In this document: in pieces, positions 11,431 through 21,369 of the stretch
Layout: every line of letters begins with the position of its first letter
Position numbering within the stretch: the first letter of the stretch is position 1
Assembly (NCBI GenBank): GCA_965112735.1
Contig: CBCOSG010000001.1
Coordinates: forward strand, 62,001-126,000
Reading direction: 5' to 3'
DNA from: Phaeosaccion multiseriatum
Taxonomy: Eukaryota; Protista; Ochrophyta, other classes
DNA: 64,000 bases
Translations under genes and position numbers: made by a program
Notes under the pieces: model-generated
Seen by the model: the letters and a program-made list of their open reading frames with translations, nothing else
What the model was told of the DNA's origin: nothing
The model's database searches: none

Positions 11431-12042
11431 ATGAAAAAACATTCTACCTATTTTGATTTCTCTCAGATGAAAGAAAACCATCAGTGCGGCCAATCTTTGA
11501 TTTTTTATCCTCTTCCTAGTAAAAATTTGGATCTTGGATGGGTAAACAAAGTTTTGTTCGGTGCGAAATTCTTAGGACGTGGAAAATTTTGGGTGTACAC
11601 TTTTCTTTCTAATCCATTATTTTATTTTGGACATACTTCTTGTGTCAGTCTATCTGAAATTTGTAAGGATAGCCGCCAAAATACAAATTTTTTTGGGTAT
11701 AGATCAAAAGTAAAAAGTGAAAAAGATTTCTCTTGGGACTATTATATTTACCAAGGACGACTTCTTTATTTTTGTACTATGAAAAAAAAGAAAAAATATT
11801 ATTTTCAGCCTGATTTAGAAGTGAGATTATGCTCCTCTATTTTTCGAAAAGAAAAACTTTGGAGGTATGGAGCCATCAATACAAATTTACATGTTTTAGG
11901 TGTAAAAAAAAGGAAGTCTAAGACCAAGCTTAGTATGTTTACCAAAGTCAAAGTTCGGGGAATTCACAACAATTATCGATTTTTGCCTGGTAATTCGAGG
12001 TTCAAAGTTGTATTGGGTTTAAAACAATTTTCGAAGCTATAA
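11431..12042 (+). CDS. orf203, basic protein, possibly a divergent rps1
   Basis: Open 203-codon frame 3 nt after rpl16; S1-like fragments VSLSEI and KVKVRGI...VVLGLKQ. Confidence 0.6.
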   Translation: MKKHSTYFDFSQMKENHQCGQSLIFYPLPSKNLDLGWVNKVLFGAKFLGRGKFWVYTFLSNPLFYFGHTSCVSLSEICKDSRQNTNFFGYRSKVKSEKDFSWDYYIYQGRLLYFCTMKKKKKYYFQPDLEVRLCSSIFRKEKLWRYGAINTNLHVLGVKKRKSKTKLSMFTKVKVRGIHNNYRFLPGNSRFKVVLGLKQFSKL

Positions 12043-12160
12043 ATAGTACTAAAACTTAAATAGGGTTAGTACGGAAGAAACTTAGGTCTTTTTAACTTTA
12101 TATGCAGTAACGAAAGTCGACTTTTCAAAGTTTTTTATTGATATAGTTTACTATTTTAAT

Positions 12161-12637
12161 ATGAAAAAAGAATCGATGGAATTAGTTCTTCGTATCCACA
12201 AAATATTGCAACAACAAAATTCCTTCGCTTTTTATCAACCTTGGGTAGGGGTACAAAGACATTGTTTAGTCGAACTAAAAAATCGGGGCTTAGAGTATTA
12301 TCGCACTAAGGACGAGTTAGATCTGAAAATTCCTGGACTGAATCTAGTTATCTATGGAAAAAAGGAGCAAAGTTTCGAAGTGTTTTTAACCAAACTTCAA
12401 AGCCTTTCAACTGCGAAGGGCTTTGTCCTTCTCGGAATTCACCAAAAAGGAAATATTTACTCCCCTCATATACTGAAATACCTTCCGGTAGAAAAGAGGA
12501 TTTTTTTCAAAGACTTACAAAAGCTTAATTTAATAATAGGACGAAATTTTCGGCTTTTTGAAGTGAAACCTTTTTTTTATTTTTCTCATTCGTGGAGATC
12601 TTCAATCAATCTTTTTTTATTGAGTAAAGCTTGTTAG
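12161..12637 (+). CDS. orf158, possibly a divergent rpl10
   Basis: ATG start; size and N-terminal helix pattern compatible with uL10; no diagnostic motif. Confidence 0.6.
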   Translation: MKKESMELVLRIHKILQQQNSFAFYQPWVGVQRHCLVELKNRGLEYYRTKDELDLKIPGLNLVIYGKKEQSFEVFLTKLQSLSTAKGFVLLGIHQKGNIYSPHILKYLPVEKRIFFKDLQKLNLIIGRNFRLFEVKPFFYFSHSWRSSINLFLLSKAC

Positions 12638-12705
12638 GCTCACGACTCGATCAAATAAGCTTTTGCGCCTGAAATTAAAACTTTAACAAATTTTAGCTGT
12701 TCAAA

Positions 12706-13008
12706 CTAACCCCGTAGAAGATAAGCTTTTCGAATGCTAATGTGGCCCCGAACACGGTAATAGGCCACGAGAATTCCTAGACCAAGGGCTGATTCCCCTG
12801 TGGAAACCGCAATGATAAAAAGAGAGAAAACTTGACCTAGGCTATCATCAAGACTGGCGGAGAATAAAATAAAATTAAGATTTACACAAAGTAAAATCAT
12901 CTCAATACACATAAGAAGAATAAGAATGTTAGTGCGATTCACTAAAATTCCCAAAAGACCCAAACTAAAGAGTAAAGTACTTAAAACAAATACGGGGGAA
13001 ATCCACAC
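12706..13008 (-). CDS. nad4L: NADH dehydrogenase subunit 4L (GTG start)
   Basis: [38 protein letters not shown]. Confidence 0.96.
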   Translation of the reverse strand: MWISPVFVLSTLLFSLGLLGILVNRTNILILLMCIEMILLCVNLNFILFSASLDDSLGQVFSLFIIAVSTGESALGLGILVAYYRVRGHISIRKAYLLRG

Positions 13009-13060
13009 GTTAACTAATAAAATACAAAAGTCTTATAAAAAACTCGATTTCCAAAAAAGT

Positions 13061-14257
13061 ATGAATTTAAAAAAAAGTGAGCTAGGACGTAAAGTAATGA
13101 ACTTTAGCATTAATTTTGGGCCCCAGCACCCGGCTGCCCACGGAGTACTTCGTTTAGTTTTAGAGCTGAAAGGAGAAAGCCTTCAGCACGCTGATCCTCA
13201 TATTGGGCTCCTTCACCGAGGCACAGAAAAGCTTATTGAGTATAAAACTTATCTGCAAGCTTTGCCTTATTTGGATCGTCTGGATTATGTTTCGATGATG
13301 TGCCAAGAGCATACCTATTCTTTAGCCGTAGAAAACTTATTTCATACGCAGGTTCCTTCTAGGGCTCAGTATATCCGAGTTCTATTTGGAGAAATTACCC
13401 GTATTCTTAATCATCTTTTGGCCGTAGGCTGTCACGCAATGGATGTAGGGGCAATGACCCCTTTTCTTTGGGGATTCGAAGAACGAGAAAAACTTATGGA
13501 ATTTTATGATCGGGTTTGCGGAGCCCGTATGCATGCAGCTTACGTTCGGCCCGGAGGCGTAAGCCAAGACCTACCTCAAGGACTTTTAGATGACATCTAT
13601 GTTTTTGCTCAGCAGTTCAGTCTTCGTATCGATGAGATGGAGGAAATGTTGACCACGAACCGGATTTGGAAACAACGTTTAGTGAACGTAGGACGAATCT
13701 CCGCTCAAGAAGCGGAAACTTGGGGATACTCGGGAGTTATGCTTCGAGGATGTGGGGTCGATTGGGATTTACGTAAGACTCAACCTTATGAGGTTTACAA
13801 TGACTTAAGTTTTGAAGTTCCGCTAGGAAAAAACGGTGACTGTTATGACCGGTACCTTTTACGTATGGAAGAAATGCGTCAGAGCTTAAGTCTTATTTAT
13901 CAGTGCTTAAATAGATTGCCTGCTGGACCGGTAAAGACCCAAGATGGAAAAATGAATCTTCCTAGCCGTGCTGATTTAAAGCATTCTATGGAGGCGGTTA
14001 TTCACCATTTTAAACTATGTACAGAGGGTTTTGAAGTGCCTTTAGGTCAAACTTATACGGCTACTGAAGCCCCTAAAGGCGAATTTGGTGTCTATTTGAT
14101 TTCAGATGGAAGTAGTAAGCCTTACCGCTGCAAAATCAAGGCACCAGGGTTTGCTCATCTGCAAAGTTTGGATTTTATGTGCAAAAATCATATGATTGCA
14201 GACGTGGTTACAGTAATCGGTACTCAGGATATTGTATTTGGTGAGATTGATCGATAA
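13061..14257 (+). CDS. nad7: NADH dehydrogenase subunit 7 (start moved to the ATG at 13061 to avoid overlapping nad4L)
   Basis: [38 protein letters not shown]. Confidence 0.98.
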   Translation: MNLKKSELGRKVMNFSINFGPQHPAAHGVLRLVLELKGESLQHADPHIGLLHRGTEKLIEYKTYLQALPYLDRLDYVSMMCQEHTYSLAVENLFHTQVPSRAQYIRVLFGEITRILNHLLAVGCHAMDVGAMTPFLWGFEEREKLMEFYDRVCGARMHAAYVRPGGVSQDLPQGLLDDIYVFAQQFSLRIDEMEEMLTTNRIWKQRLVNVGRISAQEAETWGYSGVMLRGCGVDWDLRKTQPYEVYNDLSFEVPLGKNGDCYDRYLLRMEEMRQSLSLIYQCLNRLPAGPVKTQDGKMNLPSRADLKHSMEAVIHHFKLCTEGFEVPLGQTYTATEAPKGEFGVYLISDGSSKPYRCKIKAPGFAHLQSLDFMCKNHMIADVVTVIGTQDIVFGEIDR

Positions 14258-14272
14258 AAAACTAGAATTCCT

Positions 14273-15118
14273 ATGATAAAATCGAAGTGGAACACATCTG
14301 GTGGAAGACAATGGCGACCTGCGCATGTCCTTCCCTTGTCAAAACAAAAAAGTATTAAAGGCTTGTCTAAAGGTGTTCACGCTTCAACAGGACGAAATCA
14401 TCAAGGAAGAGTCTGTAATTGGCACCGAGGAGGAGGACATAAAAGGAAGCTCCGATCTTTAAGTTTCATAAGTCGAGGTATAGGCTTATGTTTGGATCGG
14501 GAGCATCTACCGAGACATTCTTCTTTTGGGCATCGGGTTTTTATACCGGACTTGAATGAAGGCCACACCAAGATAAGTAAAGGGTGCTCTCATACCTATA
14601 TCCTCGGAGTAGAAGGTCTATCTCAGGGACACTCTATCTATGGGCCAAATTTAGGAGAAACTCAAATGGGGAATCATTTTCCCCTTTATCAAATTCCTCA
14701 GGGATTTAGTATACACAATTTGTGTGTCCGTACTGGTAAACCAAGTCAATATCTTAAGGCAGCTGGAGCTTACGGACTGTTGATACAGAAAAACGCAAAA
14801 CAAACCCTAGTGAAACTCAAATCTGGAAAATATGAAGTATTTTCTTCGGTTAAAGCTTCTGCCTCCTTAGGAAAAGTAGGAAATCAGACCTGGTTTTTGA
14901 GAGTGTTAGGGAAAGCAGGACGAAACCGGTATGTAGGCATACGTCCTACGGTGCGGGGTGTAGCTATGAATCCTGTAGATCATCCCCATGGGGGTGGAGA
15001 AGGAAAGACTTCAGGAGGGCGACCCTCTGTAACTCCTTGGGGGAAACCTACCAAAGGTCAGCCTACCCTAAGCCGACAAAAAAAGCGTAATAGGAAGTTA
15101 CATATTTACAATGAGTAA
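14273..15118 (+). CDS. rpl2: ribosomal protein L2
   Basis: GRNHQGR, RPTVRGVAMNPVDHPHGGGEGKT. Confidence 0.97.
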   Translation: MIKSKWNTSGGRQWRPAHVLPLSKQKSIKGLSKGVHASTGRNHQGRVCNWHRGGGHKRKLRSLSFISRGIGLCLDREHLPRHSSFGHRVFIPDLNEGHTKISKGCSHTYILGVEGLSQGHSIYGPNLGETQMGNHFPLYQIPQGFSIHNLCVRTGKPSQYLKAAGAYGLLIQKNAKQTLVKLKSGKYEVFSSVKASASLGKVGNQTWFLRVLGKAGRNRYVGIRPTVRGVAMNPVDHPHGGGEGKTSGGRPSVTPWGKPTKGQPTLSRQKKRNRKLHIYNE

Positions 15119-15383
15119 GAGATCAAAATGGAAATTACCTTACGTAGACTTTAATATTTTGCGGCGTTTACCCTTATATAAAACCCAAGAAAAAATTTCT
15201 ACTACTTCACGCTCATCCACAGTTCTTCCTAATTTCGTACATAAAATGTTTCTTATATATAACGGGAAAAAGTTTCAACGTCTTAAGATCGAGGCAAAAA
15301 TGATTGGCCATAAGCTAGGGGAATTTTCGGTAACTCGGGCAAAGTATGAGTTTAAAAAAAAAAGAAAGAAGTCTAAAAAGTAA
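15111..15383 (+). CDS. rps19: ribosomal protein S19
   Basis: RSKWKLPY, SRSSTVLP, MIGHKLGEFSVTR. Confidence 0.97.
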   Translation: MSKRSKWKLPYVDFNILRRLPLYKTQEKISTTSRSSTVLPNFVHKMFLIYNGKKFQRLKIEAKMIGHKLGEFSVTRAKYEFKKKRKKSKK

Positions 15384-15438
15384 AAAAAACTGTCTGTGCA
15401 TGTTTAAAAACCCATATCTGTAAAAAATCAAGTTTTTT

Positions 15439-16560
15439 ATGTTATCTACGATGTCATCTTCGCGGCCTCCCTGTACCTGGAGTTCAGCCTCCTCATCTTT
15501 AGCTTACGAAGATACTCAAATTCAAACTGCACTTCAGGCTCTGATAGCGGACCGGCATTTTTGTCTTCAAACTTCAGATCTTCGTCGACAGGGAAATCAA
15601 CTTTATTGGAAAGCCCACGTTATCATATGGTTTACTAGAGCAAATTGGCAAAAAAAACGAGTGAAGACTTGGGTCTTCAATTCCGGTCGAAGACGAGTCC
15701 TGAAGGATACTTTTTCTGACAACAAATATTTTCGATTCCCGCCAATGGCTGGACTTAGTAAAATTGATTACACTCAGTGGGTCAGCCCTCAGTGCAAATC
15801 TATTACCCAGTATTGGCGTTTAATTCGTCGACGGGCGATGTATACCTCATCTTATGTGTATAGACGAACGGTCAATGTTCAGCAGGGGATTCTTCCTGCT
15901 TTCGGTGCTAATCTTTTGCCTCTTTTAGCAGAGTATGCTAAAACAAAATACGTAACTTTACGTCTTTCTTATTCCTGTTTGCCTCTCCGAAGGGGTGGTC
16001 AAGGGGGGCGGAAACGCTTTCCCTACTACAAACGTGCCTCTTTTTTTCGATCCAGTATTCAAGTTTTTTCTTTTTTGTTTCGTGCGCCGGGGAAGCCTTC
16101 GCTTCTTTCTCATTTTATTAAGCATCAAGTTCAGACGAACTATCGAGACCGCAGAAAAATGAAATGGTTTCTAAATTTCCTTACAGAAATTCTAAATTTT
16201 TATTGGGAAAAGTCTTCTCGATTGGTAGCGGGTTTATGTATACAGATCAACGGACGTTTAAATCGACGTGATCGTAAGTTTAACTTAAAAAGGGTTTATT
16301 CAGTGGGCAAGTTGGGACTTACAAGTACTCGAGCTAATATACTTTATGACAATAGTATAGCCTTTACCAAAAATGGTCAAGTAGAAGTGAGAGTATGGAT
16401 TAACTACGTCTCTCGGACAACGCCGCGTTTTTCTTTCTCAGGTTTTGAAAAATCAGTTTGGAAACCTAAGAAGGATACTACTCGTATGCATAAGTATTCC
16501 CAGTGGAGAGAAAAAATGCCAAAGTCGAGAAGTCAAAATAGGTGGGTATCCCGAAAATAG
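15439..16560 (+). CDS. rps3: ribosomal protein S3, divergent
   Basis: Follows rps19; C-terminal GLCIQINGRLN and AFTKNGQVEVRVWI. Confidence 0.85.
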   Translation: MLSTMSSSRPPCTWSSASSSLAYEDTQIQTALQALIADRHFCLQTSDLRRQGNQLYWKAHVIIWFTRANWQKKRVKTWVFNSGRRRVLKDTFSDNKYFRFPPMAGLSKIDYTQWVSPQCKSITQYWRLIRRRAMYTSSYVYRRTVNVQQGILPAFGANLLPLLAEYAKTKYVTLRLSYSCLPLRRGGQGGRKRFPYYKRASFFRSSIQVFSFLFRAPGKPSLLSHFIKHQVQTNYRDRRKMKWFLNFLTEILNFYWEKSSRLVAGLCIQINGRLNRRDRKFNLKRVYSVGKLGLTSTRANILYDNSIAFTKNGQVEVRVWINYVSRTTPRFSFSGFEKSVWKPKKDTTRMHKYSQWREKMPKSRSQNRWVSRK

Positions 16561-16575
16561 AGAAAATCTTTTACT

Positions 16576-17313
16576 TTGATGCGACTAGCAGACACCTCGG
16601 TAAAAAATATGGAAGTATGTAGAGCTTTCCTTCATTGGAAAATGTATCTTAGTTTTTATGCGTCCAAAGGAAATTGGGCAAAAACCTTCTTATACGGTCG
16701 TCGAAATGCTTTATGGGTGCTAAATTTAAAACATAGTTTAGATCGACTCTCTCATCATTTTAGCTTCATAGACCATATTCTTCGAGCAAGAGGCCGCATC
16801 CTTTTTGTAGAATGCCCTTCAGGCTTTGAAAATTATTGGGAACGTTTAGTATCCTTATACGGCCACGACTACGTAGACAAAGATACTTGGTTACATGGAA
16901 GCATTAATGCTCATTTTTCGGCCCGTTCCCATACTTATTCTTTAGTAGTTCTGCATGACGCCGACCCGGATTTAGGCATTCTTCAAGAATGTTTGAAAGC
17001 AGATATCCCTTTACTCCAATTTATGGATATTCGACAGGAAAGTTTAGGTGTTGATTATTCAATCCCTTATACTTTTAGCACAGGTCCTCAAGTTTGCTGG
17101 TACATTGAAGCTTGGCGGTCTTTACTTATACGAAAGAAAAGAGAAAAAAATTGGCGAAGATCTGCCATTTATTCTTTCTTTCAGTGGAAAACAAATACCC
17201 CCCAAAGAAGAGGGGCCCGAAAACTTCTTTCCCCAAGAGCTTATCCTTCTTTATCTAGTGCTAAAATAAAACTAGTAAAAATACTAATCAGGAGAGAAAA
17301 AAAAAATAAGTGA
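16576..17313 (+). CDS. rps2: ribosomal protein S2, divergent
   Basis: FLYGRRNALWVLNL, GRILFV, WLHGSI, ECLKADIP, DYSIP. Confidence 0.85.
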   Translation: MMRLADTSVKNMEVCRAFLHWKMYLSFYASKGNWAKTFLYGRRNALWVLNLKHSLDRLSHHFSFIDHILRARGRILFVECPSGFENYWERLVSLYGHDYVDKDTWLHGSINAHFSARSHTYSLVVLHDADPDLGILQECLKADIPLLQFMDIRQESLGVDYSIPYTFSTGPQVCWYIEAWRSLLIRKKREKNWRRSAIYSFFQWKTNTPQRRGARKLLSPRAYPSLSSAKIKLVKILIRREKKNK

Positions 17314-17461
17314 AGATAAAACAAAAATTGATGAAGACTCCGAAAAAGGGACTGAAGACCAAAAACTTTTCCTGCCTTTGGCTTAAACTAAATACCTTCA
17401 CAATTTTTCTTCCTATTCCTACTATTAATCTTTTGAATTCGCAAAACTTTTTTTAACCTTT

Positions 17462-18196
17462 ATGAAATACCAATCTCGACCTTTATACAAGCAAATGTTA
17501 CGCTTACGTACTCTTTTTGGTTCAGATACCAAAATTCTACAAAAAAAAACTTGGAGAGATTGGCGCCAACCCTGGAAACCCCGAAAACCAAGACATCGAT
17601 TTTTTCAGTGTGCCTCTTTAAAATTGTCTTTCTCTGCCTACAAATTTAAAAAGGCACAGTATCGAGAAAGATTACATCTCAAACAAAATTTAGGTTTTTT
17701 TTATGGAGGTCTGTCTCATGCTTGGATGAAAAAAGCCATGAGTTCCTTGAAAATTTATGGTTTAGAAAATGCCACTCAAGCTTGTTTGTACCGTTGGGGT
17801 TTAGGCCGCCAATGCCGGAGCATTCAAGGATGGATTCGTCACAAGAAAGTGACCAATCTGGGATTTGACTTTCCTGTCTATTATGCTCGGAAGGCAACTC
17901 ATAAAACTTCTACAGCATTAGGGCAGGTCATACAAATTGAGGGAAGAGCTTATCAAGTCTACTTGTGTACCTCTAAAGAAGCAAAGCACATAGAAATTTT
18001 AACCTGGTTGATGCCGTCAAAAACTTATCCTTTGGCTTATCGATTGGGGAATAGTAAACAAAATGAAGAAATTACCAAACCTCAGTTTTCTCTCTATTAC
18101 CGACATCTCCATTTGTGTGATGATCGTCTTCATGTAGTCTATCCCTTTCCTGTAGATTTTCACAAGTTAAAGAAATTCTATCGACACTTACACTAG
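17462..18196 (+). CDS. rps4: ribosomal protein S4, divergent
   Basis: RPLYKQ, YRERLHLKQNLGFFYGGL, WIRHKKV. Confidence 0.85.
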   Translation: MKYQSRPLYKQMLRLRTLFGSDTKILQKKTWRDWRQPWKPRKPRHRFFQCASLKLSFSAYKFKKAQYRERLHLKQNLGFFYGGLSHAWMKKAMSSLKIYGLENATQACLYRWGLGRQCRSIQGWIRHKKVTNLGFDFPVYYARKATHKTSTALGQVIQIEGRAYQVYLCTSKEAKHIEILTWLMPSKTYPLAYRLGNSKQNEEITKPQFSLYYRHLHLCDDRLHVVYPFPVDFHKLKKFYRHLH

Positions 18197-18229
18197 ATAA
18201 AATTTATAATAGAATTTGCCTGCCACTAA

Positions 18230-18300
18230 GCGGCTATAGATTAATGGTAAATCCTCTGCCTTCCAAGCAGGAGCTAGGAGTTCAAATCTCCTTGGCCGCA
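18230..18300 (+). tRNA. trnG: tRNA-Gly(UCC)
   Basis: CT-TCC-AA cloverleaf. Confidence 0.93.
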
Positions 18301-18347
18301 ATGAAAATAAGCTAGTCTTGGTGTTAAAAACTATAAAAAATTAAAAC

Positions 18348-19520
18348 GTGAATCTAATTAGACAATGGAGTGTTGCCTGGAGACGGCAAAATATAGTACA
18401 AATAATAAATTCTCATATCGTGGATTATCCTACTCCGGTTAATCTAACCTATGCCTGGAGTTTTGGTGTAAGTGCAGGAATTTGCCTTGGAATTCAAATG
18501 ATTACAGGTATTTTTCTGGCCATGCATTATACTCCTAATGTAGATTTGGCCTTTTCTAGCATTGAATTCTTCATGAGAAGTATCTCCAATGGGTGGTTGG
18601 TGCGTTATATGCACGCTAATGGCGCATCTTTTTTCTTTATTGTAGTATACCTCCACATTTTTCGAGGTCTATATTATACTTCATATACTCGACCTCGAAA
18701 AGCCTTATGGTTTTCAGGTTTGGCCATCTTTATTTTAATGATGGCCACTGCATTCATGGGTTATGTATTACCTTGGGGTCAGATGAGCTTTTGGGGAGTA
18801 ACTGTGATTACAAGTATGTTTTCCGCCGTACCTTTTTTTGGAAAGACTATTGTAAAGTGGCTGTGGGGAGGCTACTCTATTGGTAATGCCACCCTTGTGC
18901 GTTTTTTTAGTCTGCACTTTGTGCTGCCTTTTTTAATTGCCGCAGCAGTATTCGTACATTTAAGCTTTCTACATCAAAATGGGTCAAATAATCCTTTGGG
19001 AGTATCTAGTAAGGTAGACGGTATCCGTTTTTATCCTTACTTTTACACCAAAGATCTATTCAGTATTTCTGTGTTTTTGTTTGTTTTTGCCCTTTTCGTG
19101 TTTTTTTTTCCCAATCTTCTAGGCCATCCTGATAATTATATTATGGCGGATTCTATCAAAACTCCTCTCCATCTTGTACCGGAATGGTACTTTTTGCCCT
19201 TTTATGCAGTTCTTCGCTCTATTCCTCATAAAGTAGGTGGAATTTTAGCAATGGGTGCAAGTATTGGTGTTTTGTTTCTTCTTCCTTCTTTTCACCAGGG
19301 ACGAATTCGAAGTGGGAGTTTTCAGCCCCTGCATCAACTTGTATTCTTCTGGACGGTAATTCTTTTTCTTCTTTTAGGTTGGGAAGGACAGGAAACCTTA
19401 GACGATATTTCTAAATACGTAGGTCCTTTTTTACTAATTGCTTACTTTGTGGTAGTTCTGCTAGGTTTCGGTTTAAGTTCTTACTTGCAAAATCAACTGC
19501 TTGATAAAAATCTAAGATAG
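18348..19520 (+). CDS. cob: apocytochrome b (GTG start)
   Basis: [29 protein letters not shown]. Confidence 0.99.
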   Translation: MNLIRQWSVAWRRQNIVQIINSHIVDYPTPVNLTYAWSFGVSAGICLGIQMITGIFLAMHYTPNVDLAFSSIEFFMRSISNGWLVRYMHANGASFFFIVVYLHIFRGLYYTSYTRPRKALWFSGLAIFILMMATAFMGYVLPWGQMSFWGVTVITSMFSAVPFFGKTIVKWLWGGYSIGNATLVRFFSLHFVLPFLIAAAVFVHLSFLHQNGSNNPLGVSSKVDGIRFYPYFYTKDLFSISVFLFVFALFVFFFPNLLGHPDNYIMADSIKTPLHLVPEWYFLPFYAVLRSIPHKVGGILAMGASIGVLFLLPSFHQGRIRSGSFQPLHQLVFFWTVILFLLLGWEGQETLDDISKYVGPFLLIAYFVVVLLGFGLSSYLQNQLLDKNLR

Positions 19521-19590
19521 GTTAAATTAATAATGAGAACCTTTACGCGATTTAGCGTACTGTTCAAATCATTCAATTACGAAAGTAAAT

Positions 19591-19680
19591 AGGGAAAGTA
19601 AGCAAAAAGAAAAAGAATACCTCCCGAGTCAAAATAGAGAAAATTTATACGTCCTATGGGCACTAAAAAAAAATTTATTA
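19591..19680 (+). repeat. copy of the nad11 5' leader and first ~8 codons (27148-27235)
   Basis: GGGAAAGTAAGCAAAAAGA...GAATACCTCCCrAGTCAAAATAGAGAAAATTTATACnTCCTATG shared by both loci. Confidence 0.93.
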
Positions 19681-20186
19681 GACCCTTCTTTAAGAATAGA
19701 AGCTTCTTAGAAAAGGTGGACCTATTCCTTTTTGCTTATTTCACTTGTATTCTATTTACGATGGCAGTATTATCATCCCTTCTTGAAGTGGGATCCTTAC
19801 TAAACTTTTTAAAGGGAAAGAAAAGTTTTCCCTCGCCGATAATCGGGGGAGTTACCGGTCTTATCGTGCTTTGCGCTATAGGACTCTTCTTTTTTGACCA
19901 CAGGGTCAAACAAGATTCCGGGGTAACAGTAAACTTTGGAAAGTTTCAGGGATTAAGCCCCCTTTCCAAAGTAACATTTTCCCTCTTTTGGTTCACACAC
20001 TATATTTTAGTGTACTTATTTGGAGAGGTTTGCGCCTATTATGGATGCAAGCAATTTTCTCATGTCTACCACCTCATACCAATCTCGGAGATGTACCCCT
20101 ATGAACCCTATCTTGGGGCTTTGGGTATCTTGGGATTGTTGGCTGTATGCTTCTACATTGACCCTCCACGGGAGAGGAAAGAGTAA
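19656..20186 (+). CDS. orf176, hydrophobic ORFan (~4 TM) with a nad11-derived start
   Basis: Open 176-codon frame with hydrophobic segments; MGTKKKFI versus nad11 MTTKKIFI. Confidence 0.7.
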   Translation: MGTKKKFIRPFFKNRSFLEKVDLFLFAYFTCILFTMAVLSSLLEVGSLLNFLKGKKSFPSPIIGGVTGLIVLCAIGLFFFDHRVKQDSGVTVNFGKFQGLSPLSKVTFSLFWFTHYILVYLFGEVCAYYGCKQFSHVYHLIPISEMYPYEPYLGALGILGLLAVCFYIDPPRERKE

Positions 20187-20284
20187 GAGTCCTGTAGACT
20201 TTTTATAAATTTTACTAAAGAAGAAGGACTAGTAAGAGCTTATGTTTCCCAATCTGCCTACTGCTTAAATAAAACAAAAACCTT

Positions 20285-20665
20285 ATGATTCAAACCCAAA
20301 CCATGTTTCGCCTCGGAGATAATTCCGGGGTCCAAAGGCTTCGAAGTATCAAAATAAAACCTTATCCACGAGGAGGTCAAGCTAAATTCGGTCAAGATCT
20401 TCTTGTGTCAATTCGCCGACTCAAGTCAAAGGCTACTCAGCGTTATGGCTTACGGAAGGGAGATAAACTTCGAGGATTTATTTTACACACTCGTGCTATT
20501 CAAAGACGTAAAAATGGATTGAACCTGCGTTTTGGTCACAATCGGGTACTGTGCTTTACCAAAAATCAGAAAGTACTAGGTAGTAGAGTGTTTTATCCAC
20601 TTCCAATAGAACTAAGAAAGCGTAAATTTATGAAGGTGGCCAGTATGGCTCCTATATGGGTGTAA
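20285..20665 (+). CDS. rpl14: ribosomal protein L14
   Basis: MIQTQT..DNSG, LGSRVFYPLPIELR. Confidence 0.96.
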   Translation: MIQTQTMFRLGDNSGVQRLRSIKIKPYPRGGQAKFGQDLLVSIRRLKSKATQRYGLRKGDKLRGFILHTRAIQRRKNGLNLRFGHNRVLCFTKNQKVLGSRVFYPLPIELRKRKFMKVASMAPIWV

Positions 20666-21102
20666 TGCAATTGATTTCTTTAAGAAAAGACGTTCACTGC
20701 CAATTATTGACCCAGAGTATTGACCTAGCTAGTGTAAATAAGAAAAACACTCACCTTCCTTTACCTAGGCTTGTAGGAGGGAGCCCTTGCGGAGAAAACT
20801 CGCCTAGCCTTTGTTCATTGGTATTTATGGATGTGGTGCATGGAACTAAGCCGAAGATTTTGGGTCCTAGATCCGTTAATCCAGGTAGATGTCATTTAGG
20901 AGGTTGGGTTAACAAAAAGGAGGGCTACGGATTTTGGGTACTTATGCAGGTGGATATTCTTCCTCAGGTGGAAACTAAAATTGAATCTCGTTTAAGTCTA
21001 CCTTCTGAGAAAAGCCTTTTGAATTTTGCGTCATTGTATTCCATGGTCTATAACCAACCTAAAATTCACATCTGGTGGCAATTCAAAAGTAGTTTTTGGT
21101 AG
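20656..21102 (+). CDS. rpl5: ribosomal protein L5, highly divergent (ATG at 20665 likely)
   Basis: Directly after rpl14 as in the spc order; LPRL and GTKP remnants. Confidence 0.65.
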   Translation: MGVMQLISLRKDVHCQLLTQSIDLASVNKKNTHLPLPRLVGGSPCGENSPSLCSLVFMDVVHGTKPKILGPRSVNPGRCHLGGWVNKKEGYGFWVLMQVDILPQVETKIESRLSLPSEKSLLNFASLYSMVYNQPKIHIWWQFKSSFW

Positions 21103-21280
21103 TTCATAACATCTTAGTAAGTTGGTAGTCCTGATTTTAGAGATAAACTTAGTTCTACGGCTCTTCATGTGGCCATTTTCATAGTTTTCATAGGTAGATG
21201 ACTAATTGTAAATATTATAAGTAAGACTTTATAAAAGCCATGTTGTTCTGTATTGGCCCCTTTATAGGGGCCACAAAACA

Positions 21281-21313
21281 GGTGATGCCTGCCTGAAAAG
21301 AGTCCGTGGCATT
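21281..21313. promoter_or_regulatory. motif GGTGATGCC-N14-CCGTGGCATT, copy 1; function unknown
   Basis: 19 identical nt with identical spacing recur at 32218-32250. Confidence 0.6.
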
Positions 21314-21369
21314 TAGGAGGAAACTACAATACACTATGTTGTGTTGTGATTTCCACCTAGAGGCCCCCC

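Noticed and set aside
12926-13060. Long Nad7 N-terminus overlapping nad4L
   Set aside because: Antisense overlap from a non-preferred upstream start; the ATG at 13061 or 13097 is sufficient.
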